From Vicinamibacterales bacterium (GTDB taxonomy: Bacteria; Acidobacteriota; Vicinamibacteria; Vicinamibacterales; 2-12-FULL-66-21), in contig DATIEW010000150.1 of the NCBI GenBank assembly GCA_035455585.1, positions 1-29,394 on the forward strand: a stretch of DNA of 29,394 nt. The letters run 5' to 3'. The translations under genes were made by a program, and so were the position numbers. Positions 7,918-15,770 of this stretch are shown here, piece by piece. Each line of letters begins with the position of its first letter. Position 1 is the first letter of the stretch. Below the pieces are notes generated by a model. The model made no database searches. It saw nothing but the letters and a program-made list of their open reading frames with translations, and was not told the origin of the DNA.

Positions 7918-8598
7918 GTGCTGATCGCCGACAACATCGCGAAGTCGTTTCCGACCCCGCGGGGGGAGCTTGAGATCCTCCGAGGGGTCTCGCTGTCGCT
8001 CGGACGTGGTGAGGCGGCCGCCGTCATGGGGCCGTCAGGCAGCGGGAAGAGCACGCTGCTCTACATCCTGGGCGCGCTCGATCCGCCGACGTCCGGTTCG
8101 GTGACGCTCGACGGCCAGGATCCCTACGCGCTCGGCGAGCACGAGCAGGCGGCGTTCAGGAACCGGCGCGTCGGATTCGTCTTCCAGGATCACTCCCTTC
8201 TGCCGCAGTGCTCCGTCCTGGAGAACGTGCTGGCGCCCACGCTCGTGGCGCCCCGTGGCGGCGATGGGCCCACCCGCGACGAAGCACGCGCGAGGGAGCT
8301 GCTGACCGAGGTCGGCCTGGGCGATCGACTCGACCACCGTCCGGGCGAGCTGTCCGGCGGCGAGAAGCAGCGCGCGGCGCTGGCGCGCGCCCTCATCAGG
8401 GATCCGCTGCTGCTTCTGTGCGACGAGCCGACGGGCAATCTCGATCGAGCATCGGCTGACACCGTCGCGTCGCTCCTGCTCGATCTGCACGAGAAGAACA
8501 GGACCATCCTGGTTGTCGTCACACACAGCGCCGCCCTGGCCCAGCGCTTCCCGGTCGTGTACGAGATGGACGCGGGCACGCTGCAGCGCGGCCGCTGA
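7918..8598 (+). CDS. ABC transporter ATP-binding protein, LolD/MacB-like
   Basis: 226 aa. Walker A GPSGSGKS, Q-loop GFVFQ, signature LSGGEKQR, Walker B LLLCDEPTGNLD, H-loop VTH. Confidence 0.96.
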   Translation: MLIADNIAKSFPTPRGELEILRGVSLSLGRGEAAAVMGPSGSGKSTLLYILGALDPPTSGSVTLDGQDPYALGEHEQAAFRNRRVGFVFQDHSLLPQCSVLENVLAPTLVAPRGGDGPTRDEARARELLTEVGLGDRLDHRPGELSGGEKQRAALARALIRDPLLLLCDEPTGNLDRASADTVASLLLDLHEKNRTILVVVTHSAALAQRFPVVYEMDAGTLQRGR

Positions 8599-8603
8599 TG
8601 CAT

Positions 8604-8663
8604 GGGCTATGGGCAATGGGCAATGGGCAATGGGCAATGGGCAATTGGGCAATGGGCGATGGG
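8604..8663 (+). repeat. Tandem heptamer array GGGC(A/G/T)AT, 8 units plus a terminal GGG
   Basis: GGGCTAT, GGGCAAT x4, GGGCAATT, GGGCAAT, GGGCGAT, GGG between the ATPase stop (8598) and the permease start (8718). Confidence 0.95.
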
Positions 8664-8717
8664 CCGTCATGAGGTACGAGCTGTGAGCCGACACCCCGTC
8701 GAACTCCACCTGGGCCG

Positions 8718-11700
8718 GTGAATCTGCAGACCCTCGTCCGCCGCGGCCTGACGTATCACTGGCGGACGAATCTCGCCGTCGCGCTTGGCGTGGCCGCTGC
8801 CGTTTCCGTGCTCGCCGGCGCGCTGCTGGTGGGCGACTCGGTCCGCGGCAGCCTGCGCGACATCGCGCTCGGCCGTCTCGGGCGAACGGATACCGTGGTG
8901 GCGTCGACCGGTTTCTTTCGCGACACGCTCGCCGCCGACCTGCGCGGCGCCGCGAGCGTCTCCGCCGCCGCCCCGCTCATCGTCGCAAGCGGTTTTGTCA
9001 CGCACGAGCGATCGGGCCGCCGCGCCTCGAAGGTGCTCGTCTACGGTGTCGACGGCCGCTTCTGGGAGTTTCATGGCCTCGAGGATCCCGATGGCGTGTT
9101 CGTGTCGCCGGCGTTGGCCGCCGAGCTCGACGCTGGCGACGGCGACGTGCTGCTGACGCGCGTGCAGCGCCCGTCGGAGATTCCCGTCGAGTCGCTCTTC
9201 GGACGAAAGGACGACGTTGGCCGGACGATCCGGCTCACGCTCGCCGGCACGCTCTCCCGCGAGCGGCTTGGCGAGTTCGCGCTCCAGCCGCAGCAGACGG
9301 AAGTGCGGGCCATCTTCGCGCCGCTCGGGCGCATCCAGCGCGATCTCGACGTGGGCGGCCAGGTGAACACGGTCATCCTCGCGGGAGAGGAGGCCGGAAC
9401 CCGCGCGCTCCGTTCCGCGCTCCGCCTCGAGGATCTCGGCGTCAGGGTGACTCCGATCGAGGGATCGCGCGCGCTCGTCCTGGAGAGCGCCACTGGAATC
9501 GTCAACGAGGCGCTCGAATCGGCGGCCCAGCGGGCTGGAGAGAGGCTGGGCGCGCGTCCCGTACCGGTCTTCACATACCTCGCCAACACGATGCGGGCGG
9601 GCGGCAGACAGGTTCCCTACTCGCTCGTCACTGCGACCGATCTTGCGCTGCTGCCACGATCGCGCCGCGAAAGTCCCGCAGCGCCGACCGACGCCGGGAA
9701 TCCCATCTTCCTCAACGACTGGGCCGCGCGAGAGCTCCAGGCAAGCCCCGGCGACCCGATCGACATCGAGTACTACCTGTGGGATCCAGCCGGCGGGCTG
9801 CTGACGCGGAACGCGGCCTTCACCGTGGCGGGTATCGTTCCGATCGAAGGCCTTGCCGCGGACCGCAGGCTCGCGCCCGAGTATCCGGGCATCACCGGGT
9901 CGGAAAGCCTCGCGGAGTGGGATCCGCCCTTCCCCATCGACCTCTCCCGCGTGCGTCCGCAGGACGAACGCTACTGGGAGGACTATCGGACGACGCCCAA
10001 GGCGTTCATTCCGTACGAGCGCGGCCGCGACCTCTGGACGTCGCGGTACGGCGGACTCACCTCCATGAGGTTCCTGCTGCCGGAGGGCAGCAGCGTGGCC
10101 GGCGCAGCCCGCGCGTTTCGGGCCGACCTCGGCGAGATGGTCGCTCCGCAGGCCATGGGTGTGACGATCTCCCGGGCCCGGGCGATGGCGCTCGAAGGAT
10201 CCCGGGGAGCGACGGATTTCGGCGAGTACTTCACGTACTTCAGTTTCTTCCTGGTCGTCGCGGCGCTGCTGCTCGCGGTCCTCTTCTTCAGGCTGGGGAT
10301 CGAGCAGCGGCTCCGGCAGATCGGCACCCTGCGAGCGTCCGGGTACAGCGTTGCAGCCGTCCGCCGCGTGCTCCTCGGCGAAGCGGTCGTTCTGGCCACC
10401 GCCGGCGCGGGGCTCGGCGTACTCGGTGCGATCGCGTACGCGCAGCTCGTCGTCTACGGCCTGCGAACGTGGTGGATTGGCGCCGTCGGGACGACGCTCC
10501 TGACAGTTCACGTGTCGCTGCCTTCGCTGGCCGCGGGCGCCCTTGGAGGCATCGCGGCAGCCATCGTCTGTGTGCTCGTCTCGCTCCGCGCCGTCGCGAG
10601 GCACTCTCCGCGTGCGCTCCTGGCGGCGCAGGCGCTCGACGTCGCCGATGCCGTCGATCCCCGGCGCGCACGCCGCAGCAGACGGGCCGCCGTACTTCTC
10701 GCCGCGGCAGGCGGCATGCTGCTGGCCGTCGGGTTCGCAAACCGCGCGGCGCAGGCCGGAGCGTTCTTCGGGGCGGGCGCCGCGCTGCTGATTGCCGCGC
10801 TCATGTTCCTTGCCGCGTGGCTCCGGGCGCGCGACGCGAGACCGATCCGCGGCCGCGGCCTGTGGGCCATCTCGCGGCTGGGCTTCCGGAGCGCCGCGTC
10901 GAGGCCCGGACGCAGCGTGCTCTCTGCCGCGCTCATCGCCGCGGCCGTCTTCATCATCGTGTCGGTGGACGCGTTCCGGCGCGGCGGCGGCGAGCTGTCG
11001 GCCGATCGCCGATCCGGCACGGGCGGTTACGCCCTGCTCGCCGAATCCGAGCTGCCGCTCCTGCACGATCCGAACGAGCCGGCCGGGCGCGAGGAGCTGC
11101 TCATTCGCGCGCCAGAGCTTGTCCGCGCGCGCTTCGCGCGCTTCCGTGTCCGCGAGGGCGAGGATGCAAGCTGCCTGAACCTGTACCGTCCGACCAACCC
11201 CACGATCGTGGCGCCGGAATCCTCCTTCATCGAGGAGGGGCGCTTCGCGTTTGTGGCGTCGCTGGCCGGGACGGAGGAAGAACGCGCGAACCCCTGGCTG
11301 CTCCTGCGAAGACGGTTCGACGATGGAGCAGTGCCGGTGATAGCCGACGCGACGTCTCTGCAATACGTGCTGCACCTGGGAGTGGGCGATTCGCTCTCGA
11401 TGGACATCGGCGCGGAGGAGCCGCTCGTGCTGCGCTTCGTCGCATCGCTCTCCGACAGCGTGCTGCAGCGTGAAATCATCATGTCCGAGGAGCAGTTCGC
11501 CAGGCTCTTCCCCCGGCAGGCTGGCTACCGCATGTTTCTCATCGAGGATCCCGGGACTCGCACGCGCGAAGAGACGGCACAGCTCGCCGGTATCCTGGAA
11601 CGCGAGCTCCGGCCGTTCGGCATCGACGCGATTGCCACGGTCGATCGGCTGGAGGAGTTCCACCGGGTCGAGAACACCTACCTCTCGACGTTCCAGGCGC

Positions 11701-12056
11701 TCGGTGGCCTGGGCCTGCTGCTCGGGACGGTGGGTCTGGCCACGGTCATGTTCCGGAACGTGCTCGAGCGACGCCGGGAACTCGCGGTGCTGCGGGCCGT
11801 GGGGTACGATGCCCGCAACGTGTCCACCATGATCCTCGCCGAGTCGGCGTTCCTCCTCGGTACGGGAGTCGCTGCGGGCGCCGGCTGCGCACTTCTCGCC
11901 ATCGCGCCGGCGTGGCTGGCTCGCGGCGGCACCGTTCCAGGCGCAGGACTCCTGCTGCTGCTCGGAGCCGTCGTCGCCGGAGGGCTGCTCTCGTCGCTCG
12001 TCGCGGTTCGTGCCGCGTCGAGCGGGCGGATGCTGGACGCGTTGAGGGCAGAATAG
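8718..12056 (+). CDS. Large FtsX/MacB-type (type VII) ABC permease with duplicated periplasmic domains
   Basis: 1112 aa. N-terminal TM (NLAVALGVAAAVSVLAGALLVGDSVRGSL), large soluble domain, TM cluster with EQRLRQIGTLRASGY, second half ending ERRRELAVLRAVGY...MLDALRAE. These are MacB/FtsX signatures. Confidence 0.92.
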   Translation: MNLQTLVRRGLTYHWRTNLAVALGVAAAVSVLAGALLVGDSVRGSLRDIALGRLGRTDTVVASTGFFRDTLAADLRGAASVSAAAPLIVASGFVTHERSGRRASKVLVYGVDGRFWEFHGLEDPDGVFVSPALAAELDAGDGDVLLTRVQRPSEIPVESLFGRKDDVGRTIRLTLAGTLSRERLGEFALQPQQTEVRAIFAPLGRIQRDLDVGGQVNTVILAGEEAGTRALRSALRLEDLGVRVTPIEGSRALVLESATGIVNEALESAAQRAGERLGARPVPVFTYLANTMRAGGRQVPYSLVTATDLALLPRSRRESPAAPTDAGNPIFLNDWAARELQASPGDPIDIEYYLWDPAGGLLTRNAAFTVAGIVPIEGLAADRRLAPEYPGITGSESLAEWDPPFPIDLSRVRPQDERYWEDYRTTPKAFIPYERGRDLWTSRYGGLTSMRFLLPEGSSVAGAARAFRADLGEMVAPQAMGVTISRARAMALEGSRGATDFGEYFTYFSFFLVVAALLLAVLFFRLGIEQRLRQIGTLRASGYSVAAVRRVLLGEAVVLATAGAGLGVLGAIAYAQLVVYGLRTWWIGAVGTTLLTVHVSLPSLAAGALGGIAAAIVCVLVSLRAVARHSPRALLAAQALDVADAVDPRRARRSRRAAVLLAAAGGMLLAVGFANRAAQAGAFFGAGAALLIAALMFLAAWLRARDARPIRGRGLWAISRLGFRSAASRPGRSVLSAALIAAAVFIIVSVDAFRRGGGELSADRRSGTGGYALLAESELPLLHDPNEPAGREELLIRAPELVRARFARFRVREGEDASCLNLYRPTNPTIVAPESSFIEEGRFAFVASLAGTEEERANPWLLLRRRFDDGAVPVIADATSLQYVLHLGVGDSLSMDIGAEEPLVLRFVASLSDSVLQREIIMSEEQFARLFPRQAGYRMFLIEDPGTRTREETAQLAGILERELRPFGIDAIATVDRLEEFHRVENTYLSTFQALGGLGLLLGTVGLATVMFRNVLERRRELAVLRAVGYDARNVSTMILAESAFLLGTGVAAGAGCALLAIAPAWLARGGTVPGAGLLLLLGAVVAGGLLSSLVAVRAASSGRMLDALRAE

Positions 12057-12124
12057 GGTATGGGCGATGGGCGATGGGCAATGGGCAAGCGGGAGGGGGA
12101 TTAGGGCACAGGGCACAAGGCAAA
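12056..12124 (+). repeat. Mixed G-rich heptamer cluster (GGGCGAT, GGGCAAT, GGGCACA)
   Basis: GGGTAT-GGGCGAT-GGGCGAT-GGGCAAT-GGGCAAGC-GGGAGGGGGATTA-GGGCACA-GGGCACA-AGGCAAA fills the permease/propeller spacer. Confidence 0.88.
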
Positions 12125-12129
12125 CGGCC

Positions 12130-13392
12130 ATGACTTACCTGATCGTTCAGGCGTTCCTCGTGCTCGCGCCGGTCTGGAAGGCGGCGGCGCCGGACGCGGC
12201 GTGGCTGCAGTGGGGCGGGCCCCGGCGCAACTTCATGGTCGAGACGGCCAATCTGGCGGAGAGCTGGCCGTCCGGCGGTCCGCGGCGGCTCTGGGAGCGG
12301 GCGCTCGGCGAGGGGCACTCGGCGATTCTCTTCGAGGATGGGCGGCTCTACACGATGTACCGGCCGCTCGGCCTGCTGTCGGCGATTCGCCGATCGCGGC
12401 AGGAGACGGTCGCGGCCTTCGATGCGGCGTCCGGAAAGACGCTCTGGGAGCACACCTACGATGCGCCGGTGGATGGCCTCGACCTTTCGGAGGGGGCCGG
12501 TCCGCATTCGACGCCGCTCATCGTCGGCGACCTGCTCTACGCCATGAGCAGCCGGCTCGAGATCTTCGCGCTCGAGAAGCGTTCCGGCAAAGTCGTCTGG
12601 ACCCGCGATCTGGTCCACGAGCTGAACTCGCCGCTCGACGACCGCGGATACTCCTCGAGTCCCATCGCGTATCGCGACACCGTCATCGTCCCGGCGGGCG
12701 GCGCCGGGTCGTCCGTCGTCGCCTTGAACCAGAAGACCGGCGAGATCGTGTGGAAGGGCGGCAATTTCAGGGCCGCTCCCAGCTCGCCGATCCTGATCGA
12801 CGTGAACGGCCAGGATCAGCTCGTCGTGCTGGGCGCCAACGAGATCGTCGGCATGGATCCGGCGAACGGCCGGATCCACTGGACGCACCCGCACAGCACG
12901 AGCTGGGGGCTGAACATCAGCACTCCGGTCTGGGGCGAGGGCAATCTGCTCCTGGTGTCGTCGGCGTACAACAACGGCACGCGCGTGCTGAGGCTCACGC
13001 AGAGCGATGGCTCGACGACGGTCCACGAGGAGTGGTATCAGAACCGGATGCGCGTCCATATCGGGACGGTGATCCGGCTCGGCGATTACGCGATCGGCTC
13101 GAGTGGCGACTTCGGCCCCTGCCCGACGACCGCCATCGACCTGAAGTCGGGCGCCGTGCTCTGGCAGAACCGGGAGTTCGCCAGGTCGACGTTCCTCTAT
13201 GCCGACGGCAAGCTGATCCTCATGGACGAGGACGGCCACCTCGGTCTGGCGGCCGTCTCGAGGGAGGGCATGAAGGTGCTGGCGAAAGCCCCGGTGCTGA
13301 CGAACCGGGCGTGGACGGTGCCGACGCTGGTTGGCGCGCGGCTATATGTCCGGGACCGCGAAACGATGATGGCCTTCGATCTCGGAGGCTGA
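12130..13392 (+). CDS. Exported PQQ-binding-like (BamB-like) beta-propeller repeat protein
   Basis: Start reassigned to ATG 12130 (420 aa, signal-like N-terminus). WLQWGGPRRNF, repeated AFDAASGKTLW / ALEKRSGKVVW / ALNQKTGEIVW / GMDPANGRIHW blades, C-terminal TVPTLVGARLYVRD. Confidence 0.9.
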   Translation: MTYLIVQAFLVLAPVWKAAAPDAAWLQWGGPRRNFMVETANLAESWPSGGPRRLWERALGEGHSAILFEDGRLYTMYRPLGLLSAIRRSRQETVAAFDAASGKTLWEHTYDAPVDGLDLSEGAGPHSTPLIVGDLLYAMSSRLEIFALEKRSGKVVWTRDLVHELNSPLDDRGYSSSPIAYRDTVIVPAGGAGSSVVALNQKTGEIVWKGGNFRAAPSSPILIDVNGQDQLVVLGANEIVGMDPANGRIHWTHPHSTSWGLNISTPVWGEGNLLLVSSAYNNGTRVLRLTQSDGSTTVHEEWYQNRMRVHIGTVIRLGDYAIGSSGDFGPCPTTAIDLKSGAVLWQNREFARSTFLYADGKLILMDEDGHLGLAAVSREGMKVLAKAPVLTNRAWTVPTLVGARLYVRDRETMMAFDLGG

Positions 13393-13397
13393 TCGGG

Positions 13398-13566
13398 GTC
13401 ACCGACAGCCATCGTGTCTGGTCGTTCGATCGCGGACCCGACGAGCCGACCCGTCAGCGACGGAAAGCTCCTCTACGTCATCGGCGATTCCGGCGTCGCT
13501 CACGCGCTGGAGGTCAAGACGGGGAACGTCATCGGGAAGGGAGGTCAGACGTCGGCAGGGCAGTAG
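13398..13566 (+). pseudogene. Frameshifted fragment of a second PQQ-type beta-propeller gene
   Basis: VTDSHRVWSFDRGPDEPT (frame of 13398) continues after a frame change at about 13451 as PVSDGKLLYVIGDSGVAHALEVKTGNVIG, then stops at 13564-13566. This is one propeller blade with no start codon. Confidence 0.68.
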
Positions 13567-13672
13567 GCGGACGCGGCGGCGAAGAGTGCAGTGTCAGGCC
13601 CCCAACTTCCGCTTCCCGGAACTTGGGAGTTGGGAGTAGGAGATTGGGTGTTCGGCGGGCGGCGAGTCCGCC
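13566..13672. terminator. Long imperfect hairpin region between convergent genes, containing inverted GGGAGTT heptamers; possible bidirectional terminator
   Basis: GGCGGAC (13566-72) pairs with GTCCGCC (13666-72). Inner CCCAACTTCC (13601-10) faces TTGGGAGTTGGG (13623-34). No U-tract. Confidence 0.4.
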
Positions 13673-14125
13673 CTACCCCTGTGGCTTGTAGTACAGCACC
13701 ATGCCCGCGCCGATGGCGGTGACGAGGAAGCCGACGTAGAGCAGCGGATGCGGCGCGACCTTGGGAGGGTGCGTGTACATCGTGTACAGCACGTTTACGA
13801 GCGGAGCGCCTCCAAAGACCAGCGGCATCACGTAGGTGGGCGTCCCGCCCGTCCGGAACGAGTAGATGATGCACACGGCGCCGATGGCGCCGAGCGCGCC
13901 GGCGACGGTTGCCGCCGCTGCGCCGATCCGGTTGAAGCCGGCCAGCCCCTGCCCCTGAGACGCCAGCGCGGCGACAGGCACGAGGACGCCGATCAGGAAG
14001 TAGGCGATGCCGACGCACAACAGCGCGCGCATCGGGCTTCCAAGCCTCACTTGTCCCTGGTGCAGCATCGCGCCATAGACGCCCCACGACAGCACCGCTC
14101 CCCCTACGAACGCCAGCCACGTCAT
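13673..14125 (-). CDS. Small integral membrane protein (about 5 TM), possibly DMT/EamA-superfamily related
   Basis: Start ATG 14125 (GGAG upstream; 150 aa). Hydrophobic helices and GGTPTYVMPLVFGGAPLVNVL. The family assignment is tentative. Confidence 0.7.
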   Translation of the reverse strand: MTWLAFVGGAVLSWGVYGAMLHQGQVRLGSPMRALLCVGIAYFLIGVLVPVAALASQGQGLAGFNRIGAAAATVAGALGAIGAVCIIYSFRTGGTPTYVMPLVFGGAPLVNVLYTMYTHPPKVAPHPLLYVGFLVTAIGAGMVLYYKPQG

Positions 14126-14140
14126 GAGCGCTCCAATCAC

Positions 14141-14200
14141 GAATGCTGATTGCTGAATGCTTCCGAATGGTGAACGTCGAGTTCCTTTTGCCTTGTTCCT
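14141..14200 (-). repeat. Two degenerate heptamer runs: (AAGGAAC-like)x4 and (CATTCAG-like)x~3
   Basis: Minus strand reads AAGGAAT-AAGGAAC-AAGGCAA-AAGGAAC ... CATTCAG-CAATCAG-CATTC. Confidence 0.75.
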
Positions 14201-14209
14201 TATTCCTTG

Positions 14210-14569
14210 CTATCGCCTCCACTCGGGAGCGTAATCGCGCCGGCGCCCACGCTCTTCGATCCACAGGCTCAGCATGAACACGCCGAATACCTCGATCAAC
14301 GCGATGGAGGCGTAGATCGCGTACCGCGTGAAGGCGCTCGGGTTCGGCCAGCTCGGGACGCCGTTGTCGAACGCCTCGCGCACCAGGCGGTCGAGCGCGA
14401 CGTGCTCCCGGAGGATGAGCGCGATGGCCGAGCCGAAGATGACCGCGGTGCCGGCGAGGTTGCCCAGCACCATCTGGCCGGTTCTCCAGAACGGGAGCGC
14501 GCTGAGCAGCGCCACGATGGGCGGGACGCTCAGCTCGAGGGCAATCCACGACCAGCTAAGCTCGTTCAC
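14210..14569 (-). CDS. Hypothetical 3-TM membrane protein
   Basis: Start reassigned to GTG 14569 (119 aa): NELSWSWIALELSVPPIVALL..., GNLAGTAVIFGSAIALILRE, AFTRYAIYASIALIEVFGVFMLSLWIE. Confidence 0.7.
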   Translation of the reverse strand: MNELSWSWIALELSVPPIVALLSALPFWRTGQMVLGNLAGTAVIFGSAIALILREHVALDRLVREAFDNGVPSWPNPSAFTRYAIYASIALIEVFGVFMLSLWIEERGRRRDYAPEWRR

Positions 14570-14640
14570 ACGGCTCTCATCGTGTCGGGCGGGCGGACTC
14601 CAGCCGCATTCCGCTCGCCCGGTCACAGGCGTGTCTTCCT

Positions 14641-14961
14641 CTACGCTCCGGGTGCGCGATACGGCACGGCCGTCTTGCACGCCGCGTCGACCTCCTCCGG
14701 GGTGATGAGCGGAATCGTGGACAGTCGGGCGGCGCCCGACGCGTTGACCGCCAGGCTGATCGCGAGTCCCGCGGTCGCATTGGGGAAGTCGGTGATCACG
14801 ACGGCGTCGTCCTCGCCGTAGGCGAAATAGAACGCCTCCACCTTCCCCCCCATGCTCTCGAGCAGCTTCGTCACGGCAGCGCGCCTTCCGGTGCCACCCT
14901 CCTTCATGAGTCCCCTGGTTCCCTCCGCGGTGTAGGACACCTTCACCATGAACTTTGCCAT
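14641..14961 (-). CDS. GYD domain-containing protein
   Basis: Start reassigned to ATG 14961 (GAGAGG SD; 106 aa): MAKFMVKVSYTAEGTRGL...ESMGGKVEAFYFAYGEDDAVVITDFP...LSTIPLITPEEVD. Confidence 0.88.
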   Translation of the reverse strand: MAKFMVKVSYTAEGTRGLMKEGGTGRRAAVTKLLESMGGKVEAFYFAYGEDDAVVITDFPNATAGLAISLAVNASGAARLSTIPLITPEEVDAACKTAVPYRAPGA

Positions 14962-15202
14962 CTTCCTCTCCACTTGTTGGCCGCTTGCTCCTGAATCTGC
15001 CGGAAGCCGGGCCTTCGGCCCCCGTCCGTCGACCAGCACGATAGCTCTTATCGTCACAACAGGTCCAGTCCGATCGGATTTGCGCGTTGCGGCCGCGCGT
15101 AGTATAGAGAGTGCGGCTTCCGGGGGAGCGGGTTCGCCACTGGCGCGGCGGCTGCGTGGCTTCGCCAGAGCCGGCGTTAAAACCCAGTCAGGAGAGGTTT
15201 CC

Positions 15203-15766
15203 ATGCACACCTTCGCATCGCTCGTCTCTCAGTACTGGTGGACGCTCGTACTGCGCGGTCTCGTCGCGATCCTGTTCGGCATTCTGGCATTCGTCTGGCC
15301 GGGGGTCACGCTGTCGGTTCTCGTGCTGCTCTTTGGCGCCTACGCGCTGGTTGATGGGATTGCCGCCGTCATGATGGGCGTCAGAGAGTATGGCGACCGT
15401 GAGCGCTGGTGGGCGACGATGCTCGCCGGCATCGCGGGCGTCGCAGCGGGGATCATCACGTTCGTCATGCCCGGCATCACGGCGATTGCCCTGCTCGCGG
15501 TGATCGCCTTCTGGGCCATCGCGATCGGAGCATTCGAAATCATGGCGGCGATCCGCCTCCGGCACGAGATCGAAGGCGAGTGGCTGCTGGCGCTGGGCGG
15601 GGTGCTGTCCATCGCATTCGGCGCGCTGATGCTCTTCTTCCCGGGTGCGGGCGCGCTGGCCGTCGTGTGGTGGATTGGCGCCTTCGCGCTGGTGCACGGC
15701 GCCGTGCTGACGATGCTCGGGTTCCGGCTCCGTGGGGTCGCGCGGCTGATTCGCACTCCGCACTGA
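15203..15766 (+). CDS. HdeD/DUF308-family membrane protein
   Basis: Start reassigned to ATG 15203 (AGGAGAGG SD; 187 aa): WWTLVLRGLVAILFGILAFVWPG...LFGAYALVDG...EGEWLLALGGVLSIAFG. Confidence 0.9.
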   Translation: MHTFASLVSQYWWTLVLRGLVAILFGILAFVWPGVTLSVLVLLFGAYALVDGIAAVMMGVREYGDRERWWATMLAGIAGVAAGIITFVMPGITAIALLAVIAFWAIAIGAFEIMAAIRLRHEIEGEWLLALGGVLSIAFGALMLFFPGAGALAVVWWIGAFALVHGAVLTMLGFRLRGVARLIRTPH

Positions 15767-15770
15767 CTTG

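Noticed and set aside
8667-12131. Very long antisense or alternate-frame ORFs (e.g. 8667-12131 minus, 16158-18734 plus, 15340-17730 minus, 21369-23033 minus, 6331-7530 minus, 11746-13239 minus)
   Set aside because: They shadow well-supported genes, are Arg/Ala/Gly/Pro-rich with no motifs, and are expected from stop-codon scarcity in high-GC DNA.
12130-13392. PQQ-dependent dehydrogenase or true BamB
   Set aside because: It lacks recognisable quinoprotein catalytic features (vicinal Cys-Cys, size) and has no lipobox or bam gene context. Only the propeller fold is supported.
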